A stretch of DNA of 61,049 nt, counting the filler. It is 11 parts of 11 records of this genome, joined end to end, with 100 filler letters (N's around TTAATTAATTAA, not from the genome) between each part and the next. Parts side by side here need not be neighbours in the genome. Positions count along the whole stretch, not along the records: positions 1 to 8,450 come from SRR7504441_20411; positions 8,551 to 11,663 come from SRR7504441_20413; 9 more parts are not named here. One strand, given 5' to 3'. The notes below the pieces were generated by a model. The model was not told the origin of the DNA. It saw only the letters and a program-made list of their open reading frames with translations, and did not search any database. The position numbers and the translations under genes were made by a program. Shown one piece after another: positions 1 to 10,776 of this stretch. How positions within the stretch are numbered: the first letter of the stretch is position 1; every line of letters starts with the position of its first letter.

Positions 1-26
1 ATCACCGGCTGACAGCCTGTCCGCAG

Positions 27-1380
27 ACCGCTGTGCTGGCCGTCCCACCGGCACAGGCCCAGCGCGTCGCCGAACTCTGTGTCTCGAGCGGGATCACCAA
101 GATAATCAACTACTCTCTCTCGGACCTCTCGGTCCCTCACGGCGTACTCATCCGGGGCGCCGACCCGGATACCTTGGAGCGGCCCGCCGGGAGCCGGTTC
201 GAGGAGGATTTCACGTTGCTCTCGGAGCTGGGACGTGGCGGGTTCGGCTCTGTATACAAAGTGACCAACAAACTCGACCGGCAGTGCTATGCAGTCAAGC
301 GAGTGGCGCTATCCACCGAGCAGCATCTGGCGGTGGGCGAGGCGGAGGCCATGGCCCTGCTGTCGCACCACCCGAACGTCGTGCGGTATTACGGCTCATG
401 GACAGAAAGGTCCTGTCCCCAAAGCATCACGCTGCTGTGCGGGTGCCGCGCCGGCGATAGCTCGGACGAGAGCGATTCGGAGCCGGAGGAGCCATCTGGG
501 CTGCAGCTGTTCATCCTGATGGAGCTCTGTGACGAGAGCACACTGGACGACTTCCTGCAGTGAGCCGACGGGTCTAGTTGGCTGACTCAGTGGGGCAGGA
601 GCGAAGCAGCATGGGCGCTGGGCCCGGGCCCGATGCTGGACTGTTTCCGGCAGTTGGTGAGGGCAGTTTGCCACATCCACGCCAATGGATACGTCCATAA
701 GGTGCCTGAACGCCCGCCTGCTACGGCTGAGTGTGTGGCGCAGGACATTAAGCCCACGAATATATTCCTCAAGCAACCCGGTCTACAGCCGCTGCTGGGA
801 GACTTCGGGCTGGCAACTGGGGCCACGCACAGCCCGACCGATCCAGAATTCGGGACCTGTCTGTACCAGTCGCCGGAGCTGCGGCAGCACGCAGGAGCGG
901 GCGGCGAGGTGGTCGATTGGCGGGCCGCGGATGTGTACGCTCTCGGGGTGGTGCTGCTCGAGTTGTGCTGCCAGTTTGGCACGAGGATGGAGCGGGTCGC
1001 GGTGCACCGGACTGCGGCAGCCAGCGGGCGAGCTTGGCGGGTAGGTGATCCAGCAGCTGAGGGAGCAGCGACTGCCGGCTAGGGTGATGGGGCATCCTGC
1101 GGCCGGACTGGTGCTGGCAATGACCCGACCCGACCCGGCCGAGCGACCCACGGCCGAGCAGGTGGGCTGGGCCGGTTGCGAGCGCCAATAGGGGCAGGTG
1201 CTGGAGTCGGCAGTGTTGCAGTCTGAGGAATGGGTGCCAAGCGAGCTGGACCGGGCGCGCGGGGAGATTGAGCGGTTGAGCGAGCAGAACACTGGGCTGC
1301 AACGGGAGGTGCAGGAGCTCAAGAGGCTGGTGGCGCTGTTGCAAGGCGGCAAGGCGGAAGCCGCCGGGTGCATTGAATAA
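27..1380 (+). CDS. eIF2-alpha kinase-like (HRI/GCN2/PERK family) protein kinase with N-terminal Rex-like NAD(H)-binding segment and C-terminal coiled coil; 5' partial
   Basis: Exons 27-559, 599-701, 744-1001, 1045-1161 and 1198-1380, joined by GT-AG introns of 39/42/43/36 nt. Motifs RFEEDF..LGRGGFGSVYKVTNKLD..YAVKRV, an acidic kinase insert, LFILMELC, HKDIKPTN, DFGLA, GTCLYQSPE and FGTRMERVAVIQQLR are typical of eIF2-alpha kinases. The window starts inside an intron (CTGAC...CAG at 10-26). Confidence 0.85.
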
Positions 1381-1464
1381 CGAAGCTTAAATAAATGTGC
1401 CAACTCACTATAATCGAGTATCGAAAGTTCTAGATACGCATCATAATATCAAAACACTACATGT

Positions 1465-2879
1465 TCATAACATCCGGATCGAGCTCTCTCCGGTGTTGCA
1501 ATTGTGCCCGATTACAGCTTTGGTCCAATTCCGGGTGAACACGCCCAATTGGCTCTCGTTGCACAGTCCAAGGGGAGTGCCGTAGTCAACGTCGTATTCT
1601 TTGGCTCTGACGTAGGTTTGATTATGCCCACCTAAACACACAAAAGCTGCTGAATCATCTGGTTTCAGTTCTAAATGATTAAGTCACCTCCTTCAACTCC
1701 GTCGTCCGGCTCACAGCCTACCCAGCTTGTGCCAAGGAAAGCAAACGGGCCTCGGGTGAGCAGAAATCTCGCCACGTCGCCCTCAGGATCGACTAACGAT
1801 CCTGGAGCGTGGCTATCTCCTAGCGTCATGCTCGTGAATGTCATTCTTTGCTGCTGAGTACTCGTGGCTGTGCAAGCATTCCGGAGGGCGTCGATACAGT
1901 GGGCACCAGTGGCCTGACGGCCAATCGGGCTGCCCTCGCTAAACATTTGCCAGACCCAGCCGCCCGCTGCGGCAACGGCCTCCATTGCTGCCGCTGTAGT
2001 GAGCCTCCAGCCCTGATTCAAGTCGACCACGTCCTGAGCCGAGAGACCCATGTCCTGCAGGCAGTGCACCTCGACCTCAGACGGCCCTGTCTTGCAGTCT
2101 GAAAGGTTCACATCGGCCAGCCCCCTCGCAGGCAGCCCCTGCGGACCGTCGGACCAGCCCTCGCCCGAGTTGAGCCAGAAATCGTCAAAGTAAAACCCTG
2201 TCACATTCGGATTCCGCATGCCAAGAGAGCCCATCACATGCTCCTGTACGAGCCACTCGCGGAGCGACGCATTGCGGTGATCCCACAGATACTCGCCACA
2301 CGGCACTCTGCCGCAATCGCATCTGTGCTTGCACTCTCGCCGCCCGGTGAGATGCTGCGGGGTTTGGTCCTGCGAGTGGTAGAGTCGGCTGCACACCCCC
2401 TCCGTGCATGTCGGGCTCGCATACTCGGCCTTGGTCGGGTCAAAATGCAGGAACCAGCCGCTGTACGCCGGGTCCCCCAGTTTGTCCGCCACCTCTTTGT
2501 ACCAGCTGAGCGCCTTGACTAGGTTTCGGTAGACCCACACCCGGGTGGACGGGTTGACCGCTTTGACTCGGGCGGCCTGCTCGATGAGCACCGCAGCGTT
2601 GTCCATCGGGCTTGCATTGGCCCAGATGGCGCGGCCGGTGGACCAATCGAAATCGGCAACCCCGTACTTCCCCGCCAGCTCGGGGTCGAACCAGCCCGAA
2701 GTGTTGCAGGGCATCATGATGGTTGAGTTGGACATGCTCCAGCTCGCCGGCCAGTCCGGATGCGACGGCCACGCTGCCGCGAGCGTCACCAGCAGCAGCA
2801 GACATAGACCTGAAACAGCACCCCGCTGCCAAGCCGCAACCGGCGCCCGTAGCCGAGCCAGTGCTTCTGCCATCCACAT
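1465..2879 (-). CDS. Secreted uncharacterised protein, possibly glycoside hydrolase-like TIM barrel
   Basis: Signal peptide (LCLLLLVTLAAA), VWVYRN and GFYFDDFW motifs. One GT-AG intron (1632-1687) joins the ORF to a last exon ending YDVDYGTPLGLC...FTRNWTK...IRML*. Confidence 0.7.
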
Positions 2880-2921
2880 GGCCAGTTCCGTTGGAGATCT
2901 TACCGGGACCGGACATCAACC

Positions 2922-3542
2922 ATGCCCCTTTACGAAGCGATGAGCGAGGCCCGCGACCGGCTGGAGAGCGAGCGCGTGCGCCAAGGTGCGCTCCCCAGGC
3001 CGAGCCTTTTGACCGCGTAACCCAGCGGACCCCGCCTCCAGCGGGCCTCGGTACGAAGAGCACGCGGCGGCCTGCGACGCGATCCGGAGCGACTGGAGAG
3101 GCTCGCAGCTGCGCCGGAACAGATACGCAGACACGAAGGCTGCGAACCAGGGGGAGAACTCGACCGATCCAGCTGGGATCTACCCTCTAGGGGTGCCAGC
3201 CGCCGGGGATGCCAGCCGCCGACCGGCGGGGTCAGCCGCACGGGACAGTGGACGCGATCGCATACGACCGGCGGTACGGCCGGCTGACCCGGGTGCGGAG
3301 GGTACCCCGAGGGGGGCGAGCGCGAGGGGCAGGAGGAGCAGGAGGAGCTGGATGCGAACGCGCGCTTTTACATGAGTCGAGGGGGCCAGGGGCCACACCG
3401 GGCCGGGTTCAGTGCCGCACGCCAGTACGGAGCGTACGGGCAGTACGGAGCGTACGGGCAGACGATGCGACCGGGCAGGCCGATCGGGAGCACGGGGCAG
3501 CCGCCATTGTACCGGCCACGAGGGATGGTCGGGATGCCGTGA
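2922..3542 (+). CDS. Hypothetical protein (intron-containing, model approximate)
   Basis: ATG at 2922, head-to-head with the upstream gene. GT-AG intron 2986-3025. The last frame reads YPEGGEREGQEEQEELDANARFYMS...QYGAYGQYGAYGQ...MP*. The middle splice could not be resolved. Confidence 0.45.
3423..3461 (+). repeat. 18-nt tandem duplication CAGTACGGAGCGTACGGG (x2)
   Basis: Read directly; encodes QYGAYG twice. Confidence 0.85.
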
Positions 3543-3945
3543 GATTCATGCGTTGAACAGCAAGCTATGATCATGCGGCCATGTAACTACTGGCATCGCG
3601 CTTCAATCAGATTTGTTCTTGAATTTCTATCGCTCTATATACAGCCACGAGGGGCTTCCATCTCGTTCGATTAAAACAGATGTAAGCAGTAACGGTACCT
3701 CGCGTCGCGTCGCGGGGATGCTCACTCGTAGGTCATAAGCTTACAGTAACAAACAGATCGTCAGCGTCGTCAAGCGAAGAAGTGGATAACATTTGAGTGT
3801 GATAACGCATGATGAAAATTATCTCGACCGCAGTCTCCAATTGAGCTCGGCCTTATCATTAATGAGTATAAAGCGATAACGACCACAAAACTTTTAAAGT
3901 CGTGAACCTTGCGAGTTTGTTGGCCCCCTAGGTACTACTAGCATG

Positions 3946-5498
3946 TCAAATGTTTAGCTTATTCTTTTTGCTTGTAGTACCCGTTCCTCTGTTTTTGGCC
4001 TCGCACGCTGCTAGCGTCTTGGCCGAGGGCAGCAGCCACAAGAAGAACAAAGGAATAAGCTGCACGCACCCAGCTACCAGGCATACCGCCCACATGTAAG
4101 TGAACTTCGTGGAGGTGATTCCAAAGATCAGCGAGAGCAAAGCGCCGGCCTCGCCGCCGGTGACTTGGCCCAGATTCATAATCCCAGTGAAGGTGCTGTA
4201 AAGCGTGGCCTCAGCGCCCTCGGGACACAGGATGGCCATCATTGTCATCAGCGGCAATTGTGCCACAGTTTTGACTGCTGTGACCATCGAAGTGTCCGTG
4301 ATCACAAACGCCTCGTCCGGGATCCCCATCTGCCGGTTGGCCCCGGTGTAGAGCAGGATGGCGAGCAGCGTCACTCCCGCTGCCAGCACGGTCCCACAGC
4401 CAAGGATCTGCCCACAATCAGCAAGCACCAGCGGGCGGCACACCACGCGGATCCGGACAGAGCGGAGGCAGTGCTCGTAGAATACCACCCCTATCAGCCA
4501 GGTGCCCATCGCTACGGTCATCACTACTGCCATCACGGATTCGCCAAAGTGAAGGTGATTCGTGAAGTAAAAATAAGCTGCAGCCGAAGTGGACGGCACT
4601 GCAAAGAAAATAAACAAAAACACGCATGAGCGCCAGACGTGTGGCAGTATCAGCACTGTCACGATCTTACTGGCAAAGCTGCCAAATGTCTCGACAGTGG
4701 CCTTTGCCTCGTCTGTCATCATCACCTCGGGAGGCGCAAATACAGAAGTTGTGGCCGAGATAAAAGGAATCATTGACATAATTCCGAACATCCAGCGCTT
4801 GCCGATCACCGACAGCGCAAATCCGCCGAACGCCGACCCACCGAACGCTCCGAACGCGCAGGCGCCCCACATCACAGACTGGAGTGTGGCAGCCTGTTTA
4901 TAATCGAGAGCTGCCGACAGCTCAACCTGACCACCCAGTGAGCCCGAGCGGGCGGGGGAGTCACCGTGATGGCCTCGCAGCAGACGTTAGCGAAGGCGCA
5001 CCCGAGGTTGGCGAGCAGGAGGCAGGAGATTGCGAAGTACTCGCCGTTCACGGCGGTGGCCATCAGCAACCAGTTGAGCGACATGAGCGCCATCCCGCCC
5101 ACGATGTACGGCTTGCGGCGCATCCCGAACACCGGGTAGTTGTCGCTCACGAACCCGTAGATCGGCTTGAGCGTCCAGGGCAGGTTGACGATCGCGATGG
5201 CCGAAGTGGCCCCCACAGGACCCACCCCCAGGTCGTCCTTGAAAAAGTAGAGGGTGGCGAGCGCGGGCAGGGTGTCCTGGATGCCCTTGACCAGCATGTT
5301 CACTACCACAATCCAGTAGAACACAGGGTCCACGGACCGGAGCACCGGCATGCTATCGCTTTGGAGCTTCTCGGTCCGGTGCTCGGACGGCTTGACCGGC
5401 TGCTCGTACGGCGGGGGCAGCGGGGCCTCGTCGTACTTGAGCGGTACGTTCTCGTCCTGCTTGGCCCCGCCGGCCACCTCCTCGAGCCCCTCCGCCAT
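3946..5498 (-). CDS. Folate/biopterin transporter (BT1/FBT family, MFS)
   Basis: YFFKDDLGV, LPWTLKPIYGFVSDNYPVFGMRRKPY and LCPEGAEATLYS motifs. GT-AG introns 4927-4964 and 4408-4443. Confidence 0.9.
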
Positions 5499-5578
5499 CT
5501 CCGCTGCTCGCTCCCCGGCCCCCTGCTGCCTCCTGGCTCTCCTCGATGAAGAAAGGATCACTTTCACTCTCGATCTCT

Positions 5579-5592
5579 TCAATTTTTTTTTC
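5579..5592 (-). promoter_or_regulatory. GAAAAAAAAATTGA element in a divergent spacer (candidate bidirectional promoter motif)
   Basis: The identical 14-mer occurs at 52767-52780 (+) in another divergent spacer. Confidence 0.45.
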
Positions 5593-5606
5593 TCTGCACG
5601 GTGAAG

Positions 5607-7613
5607 ATGGTGGCCCGAGTGCTTTTTGCGCTGTGCGGCATCGGGCTCGCGGTGTCGCGGCCGCTGTTTGTCGAGCTCGGGGGTGAGGTGATCGTCCCAG
5701 ACCCGACGATGCGCTGGTGCAAGGCTGGCAACCCCGGCAGCCCCAGGCAGCCGGACGGCCGCAGCTTCACCCACCTCACAGGACCACCGGCCATGGCCAC
5801 TGGCTACTCCGTCTATTCCCGGATCCGCCCTCTCAACGCGACGCACTCGCTCTGTCCACTGCCGCCGGTGGACGCGGCAGCGAGTGTTGGACTGTTCGTC
5901 ACTGCTGACGACGCGAGCAACTGCACGGCGAGCTCCGCGGTCTGTGCGGCCAACTGGGAGCTGCTCGAACGAGTGCAGTTCGAGCCGTTGCTCCAGGCCG
6001 CACTGGACCGGCGGCCGTACACTCAATCGGGGCCGGATCCGTCGCTGCTGGTTGGAGTTTCCCAGGCCGCCGCCAAAGCGCGGGGCGCCCCGGTCAGTTT
6101 GTCGGTTGCTATCCGCAGCGTGATGGTGCTGCAACGCAGCGTCGTCACGGGGTCATTCCTGAAGCTCCCGTTCGAGCTACCGCCGGGCACGCCGTCAGGG
6201 CTGCATGACGTGGATGTGTGCATCAATGCTACTGTGGACAGCGAGTCTGTGCTGGTGTGCACGAGGCTTTTGCTGCACACCGCAGCCGACACCGCCCACA
6301 GCTTGATCCAAGTCGACTACGCCCGAAGGACCCTCCGCGTAAACGACAGCATGCTTCTCATCCAGGGCTACTACAACGTGCCTAGCTGTGGCAATCACAG
6401 CGCTGCTGTTTGCTTTAACCTGCCTGACATCGCACGGCAAGCTGAGCTCGGCTACACAGCTGTCATGTATTATAACTTCTTCAACAGCAGCCTTGAAACC
6501 CAGCAGCTTGTGCTGGACAGCCTCGCCGCACACGGCATGTACTTGATGGCAGCTATCCAGCTCGAGATGGAGTTTGGGGTCGTGCAACACGGGCTCGACT
6601 CGGAGATCGGAGCAGCTTCGTGGCGTGTGATAGAAAAGCGAATTAACCAATGGAAGCACCACCCAGGGCTGCTAGGATGGTACGTGTGTGACGATTGCTT
6701 CGGGCAGTACCTCAGGAGACAGCAGCAGTGCACACCAAATACTACACTAGACGTGCTGTACAGCATGATCAAGCAGCTTGACCCGTATCACCCAATCATT
6801 GGTGCCACCAACACTGGATTTGACTTCAGTTACACTCACGCGAACTCGATGATGCCTCGGCCAGCCCTCGACGTCGTAATGACTGAGAATTACAACAGCC
6901 TGCTCCAGCGGAACGAGCACCTGAACTACAGGCTGTGGCCTTCCACCTTCGAGCCAACGGTCAACAGTGCAGGGACGTATACTGTGGAGCACCTCGCTGC
7001 GCTGTCGGAGCAAAACAAATCGGCTGTCATCGCATCATTTGCCTGGCTGTCGAGCATCGCACAAGTACCCAATCAGCTCTACTTCCGGCGAGCGTACGTA
7101 TCGAACAAGTGGCCTGAGCAGATGCTGGTCAGCCTTGGGAAGTTTGCGCAGGACGTTACTGCACTCGCCCAATTCACAACGAGCTCTGTAGTGGGCTCTC
7201 CGATCCCAGGTGGAGCATGCAGCTGCGACGGCTCAACTAGCGCGGCCTGCCCTCTGTGCGTCCAAACTGCCAACCAAAACCACAGCACGATGATCGCTTC
7301 TGGCGTGCTCCAGGACTTCAGCGAATCTGAATTCTGTGCACTGGTGGTCCTTGTAAATTTGTTCCCAGACAACGCTCGGACAGCCAACATGCCTGACATC
7401 AATTTTGTTGCACAAGTGACCCCGCCGCCATCGACACCATTCGGGGCAAACACCACGTGCTCCCGGTGGTTGTCTGGGCAGAAGATTAGATGCGACAGCC
7501 CGGGTGGTATCACATCAAGTGGCCGCCTACGGTTCTCTGGCTCCGTACCCGGCGGCACCACTCAACTCTATGTCGTATGCGGCGCAAGTCAAGACCTTAG
7601 TTTAGCTCCATGA
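5607..7613 (+). CDS. Secreted uncharacterised protein with glycoside hydrolase-like central domain
   Basis: Long uninterrupted ORF with a signal peptide. WKHHPGLLGWYVCDD and IKQLDPYHPI resemble GH-A clan barrels. Cys-rich C-terminus. Confidence 0.7.
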   Translation: MVARVLFALCGIGLAVSRPLFVELGGEVIVPDPTMRWCKAGNPGSPRQPDGRSFTHLTGPPAMATGYSVYSRIRPLNATHSLCPLPPVDAAASVGLFVTADDASNCTASSAVCAANWELLERVQFEPLLQAALDRRPYTQSGPDPSLLVGVSQAAAKARGAPVSLSVAIRSVMVLQRSVVTGSFLKLPFELPPGTPSGLHDVDVCINATVDSESVLVCTRLLLHTAADTAHSLIQVDYARRTLRVNDSMLLIQGYYNVPSCGNHSAAVCFNLPDIARQAELGYTAVMYYNFFNSSLETQQLVLDSLAAHGMYLMAAIQLEMEFGVVQHGLDSEIGAASWRVIEKRINQWKHHPGLLGWYVCDDCFGQYLRRQQQCTPNTTLDVLYSMIKQLDPYHPIIGATNTGFDFSYTHANSMMPRPALDVVMTENYNSLLQRNEHLNYRLWPSTFEPTVNSAGTYTVEHLAALSEQNKSAVIASFAWLSSIAQVPNQLYFRRAYVSNKWPEQMLVSLGKFAQDVTALAQFTTSSVVGSPIPGGACSCDGSTSAACPLCVQTANQNHSTMIASGVLQDFSESEFCALVVLVNLFPDNARTANMPDINFVAQVTPPPSTPFGANTTCSRWLSGQKIRCDSPGGITSSGRLRFSGSVPGGTTQLYVVCGASQDLSLAP

Positions 7614-7648
7614 ATTATCCCATGCATTGCGTTTACTCGCATGATTAC

Positions 7649-7680
7649 ATGTATGCAATGTATGCAATGTATGCAATGTA
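7649..7680 (+). repeat. 9-nt tandem repeat (ATGTATGCA) x3
   Basis: Read directly in the convergent spacer. Confidence 0.85.
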
Positions 7681-7737
7681 CGAAAATGCATCGCTTTGGT
7701 ACGTGCTCGTCTCGTACTTCACTGATTGTGTACTAAC

Positions 7738-8389
7738 CTACATAAGCTCCATGTCTGCTAGCTCGCTCGCCTCCTCTTGCGACATCGACCCGTCCTGCAT
7801 GTAGTACGCCACCCATTCCTCATGCGTCTTGGCCTTGCTCAGCGTCTCCAGCGTCACTGGCCTGCCCCGAATACAGGCCCAGCCCCACCCTAACCCTCAC
7901 TTCGCGTCCCGCAGGTACTGACACAGATCCTCGTGTCCCGCCTCATCGGCGATTGTGGCTGCGTCCTACCACGCCCGCGGCTCGGCCAGACGCACCGCCC
8001 GGGATCGACCTTGCCGTCTTTACCCTTGACCTGCGGCGCCGCCCCCGCCTCGACCAGCACCACAGCCACCGCCTGCCGCCACTCTGACGCTACCCCCGCC
8101 CCGGGCACCTCGTGTCCGTTGGCAGCAGCTACCATCAGTGCGGTCATCCCCTCTCCCTGGAACCGGGGGTCCGCCCTCGCCTGTGGCCCGGCTCCAGAGC
8201 CCGGAGCTGCGCGCTGACCTCCAGCAGCGCGCTGACCACCTCCGGCTTGCCGCTCATCGCCGCCCAAAGCAGCGGCGGGCTGTCGCCGCGGTCGAGCGCG
8301 TTGGGGTCCGCCTTGGCCTTGATCAGCATCTCGAGCTGGGGCAGCTTGCCGTACCGCGCCGCCTCGTGCAGTGCTACATCATCCGACAT
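7738..8389 (-). CDS. Small ankyrin-repeat protein
   Basis: ALHEAARYG, PPLLWAAMSG and TALMVAAANGH repeats, joined by four GT-AG introns of about 36-44 nt. Last exon ends ...ELADMELM*. Confidence 0.8.
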
Positions 8390-8450
8390 CTGCTTTGGCT
8401 GCCGTTAGAATCTGATGGTCTCGGCCGAGCTCGAGGAGCGGATGCTGCCG

Positions 8451-8550
8451 NNNNNNNNNNNNNNNNNNNNNNNNNNNNNNNNNNNNNNNNNNNNTTAATT
8501 AATTAANNNNNNNNNNNNNNNNNNNNNNNNNNNNNNNNNNNNNNNNNNNN
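8451..8550. other. Artificial contig linker (44N-TTAATTAATTAA-44N)
   Basis: Identical 100-nt six-frame-stop spacer repeated ten times in the window. Confidence 0.98.
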
Positions 8551-8802
8551 TCAACTGCGCACTATGAACACTACCAGTACCAGTACCGTTACTACCGTAT
8601 AATAATGTACGGTATAAGTACGTATACTGTAACATTACGGGCTCCAGCGACCTCCCAGCTGCTCCAGCATGGTTGCTACAGGCGCTACCTAGCTTCGATA
8701 CCCTGTGGGAGTGTGCACCTACGTTGACCAAGTCATTTTATTCTTGTAACCCAGTTCGATGCCGGAGAGCCATTGCGCGCATAACGGTATATGTTTACGT
8801 CA

Positions 8803-10428
8803 CTAATAATATTCGGTCGCGAGTGTCGACTGCCTGGCCCGCCGAGCACGAGGCAGCACTCAGTCGGGGCACATGTTCACAAGTAACCAAGTACACACAA
8901 GGCTCCTTCATCAGCTCACGGGTCCGGCGGGCGCCGCAGCCGCTTGCTTTTCAAGCCTACTACGCTCGGGGTCTTGCCTGCCGCCCTCTTCCTGCGCGGC
9001 TGCGGCGGGCTCTCCTCCCCGTTCTGAGCCTCCCCCCGCGCTGCTGTGGCCGACCTGGTCCAGATCCGCCGGCCGCCCTCATCCTGCCCGCACACTCAGC
9101 CAGCCCCACCCAGCCCGGCGCACCGGCTCGCTCTGCCCAGTCGGCAGCGGTAGCGCCTGTCCGCCTGCTGGCCCCCGGCGGCCCGGCGAGTGCACCTCGG
9201 GCGCGGGCATCGCTGCCAGCGCTGTGCTGTTGGTTGTCCCCACTGAGTACGCCGGGCTCGAGATGGGCGGCTCGTCCACAGCCAGCCCACCCGTCAGGCT
9301 GGTCGGCGGCCGGGGCGGCTTGGCGGCCCGCTGCGAGGTGCTCTGTCGCTCCAGCGCAGCAGGCTCCGGCTCGGGGGCCGGTGCCAGACAGGCTGCTGCG
9401 ACAGGCAACAGGCCCGCAGCGGCCGTGGCGCTGTTGTAATCGCTCTCTGAGGGAATCTTGCCCGGGGCCCGCATCTCGTGCGAGTCGTGCGCCTGGCCTA
9501 TAGTCGACAGGGCCGGGAGTGCCGGCGGCGGCTCTGAGAGTGAGTCTAAAGTGTTGAGGTTGGGCGCCGCAGGCCTCGGGGAGGGCTTCTGCTCCGGGTC
9601 GGCCGCAGCCACACTCTTGGTGGCCAGGCTCCGGTTGCCGCTGCATGGGCTGCTGCTCCGGGGCTCGGCCACCCCGCCCACGCTGTTGGCTACGTCCATC
9701 GAACGAGCGGCTGAGCCCGGCTCAGGCTGGGTCTGCAGCTGTGCCGTGCTGGCCACGCGCTGCAGGTGAGAAGACGACAGCCCCCTCCCTATCGGCAGCC
9801 GCGCCAGCCGGCCGACCGGCATCGACGCGGCCTGGGTCTCGTTCGCTGGCGGCCCGAGCAACGGCTGGTTCTGCTTGGTCGGCTGGGCCGGGCAGGCCGG
9901 CTGGGCCGCGATGGCGCCCGGCGGCAGCCGAGGGGACTCGGTGACGCCGGTCATCACGTGCTCTCGCGGGAGGGTGCACGACATGTGGTCCCCCCTCTCG
10001 GTGGTCTCCAGGGGCGCCCGGTGGGCCGGCGGTATGGCCAGCTTGGACTGCTCGACAGGAGGGTTGGCGTTGCACGAGGTGGTGTCGGCCAGGTGGTGCA
10101 GCCCCGGATCGGCGTTGGCGCCGGTGTAGAGCCCAGCGCTCGCGTACGACCGGGCGTCGGTGGTGGCGGCATGGGCCACCCCGTGCGCTGTACTACCGCA
10201 CGGCACCTCGGTTTCGTCGGCACACGGCACGCACTCGGCCGCGTCGGCGACCACCGCGGTGGTCTTGGAGACCGTGTCGCCGGCTGGCTCGAGCACTGGA
10301 GCAGACTTGGACATGGCCGCCGCACTCAGCCCCAGTCCCGTCGCCAGATGAGGTCTGGCCACATCCCTGGATTGGCGCCCCGCAACCTTGCTCTTGAACA
10401 CACACACCTTCGTTGCAGAGATTCGCAT
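8803..10428 (-). CDS. Hypothetical low-complexity Pro/Ala/Ser-rich protein
   Basis: 449-aa ORF (9079-10428), extended by a likely GT-AG intron near 9083-9123. Start could be 10428 or the MSKSAP ATG near 10314. 3' end uncertain. Confidence 0.5.
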
Positions 10429-10517
10429 GCAGGCCGGTGCGAACTAACTGACTCGGCTGGCTCGGAGGCATGTTGGAGGCATGTTGGAGGCATGTGATCG
10501 CATGATCGAAGTCTTTA

Positions 10518-10580
10518 TCGTTTATTATAATTGGCATGATCGCCAAGGGGTCTAGATTTACTCGTTTATTATAATTGGCA
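10518..10580 (+). repeat. 19-nt direct repeat TCGTTTATTATAATTGGCA (10518-10536, 10562-10580)
   Basis: Exact copies read directly. Confidence 0.9.
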
Positions 10581-10776
10581 GCGCATCAACATAATTAGAT
10601 TCTTCCTATAAAACTCAAGTGCGGGCGATCTCGGACCGAGCTTGACGCTTGTGATTCTTAGCTGATAGATTCAAACTCGTTTCGGGATTTAGATCTCACT
10701 GTCGCAACTCCTCGTCGCCTGGCTGCTTAGTAGCCGCAGACTGTACATTCAGGTAGCTATCAGGTAGCACCGGGTC

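Noticed and set aside
558-600. In-frame TGA as stop-codon reassignment or selenocysteine
   Set aside because: The TGA lies in a 39-nt GT-AG intron with a CTGAC branch site. Other apparent in-frame stops also resolve as introns, and TAA, TAG and TGA all end genes normally.
8673-10497. Long antisense and overlapping ORFs here and across the ORF track
   Set aside because: These are Arg/Pro/Ala/Gly-rich shadow frames expected in high-GC coding DNA.
10518-10580. Direct repeat pair as a mini CRISPR array
   Set aside because: Two 19-nt copies only, eukaryotic context and no cas genes.
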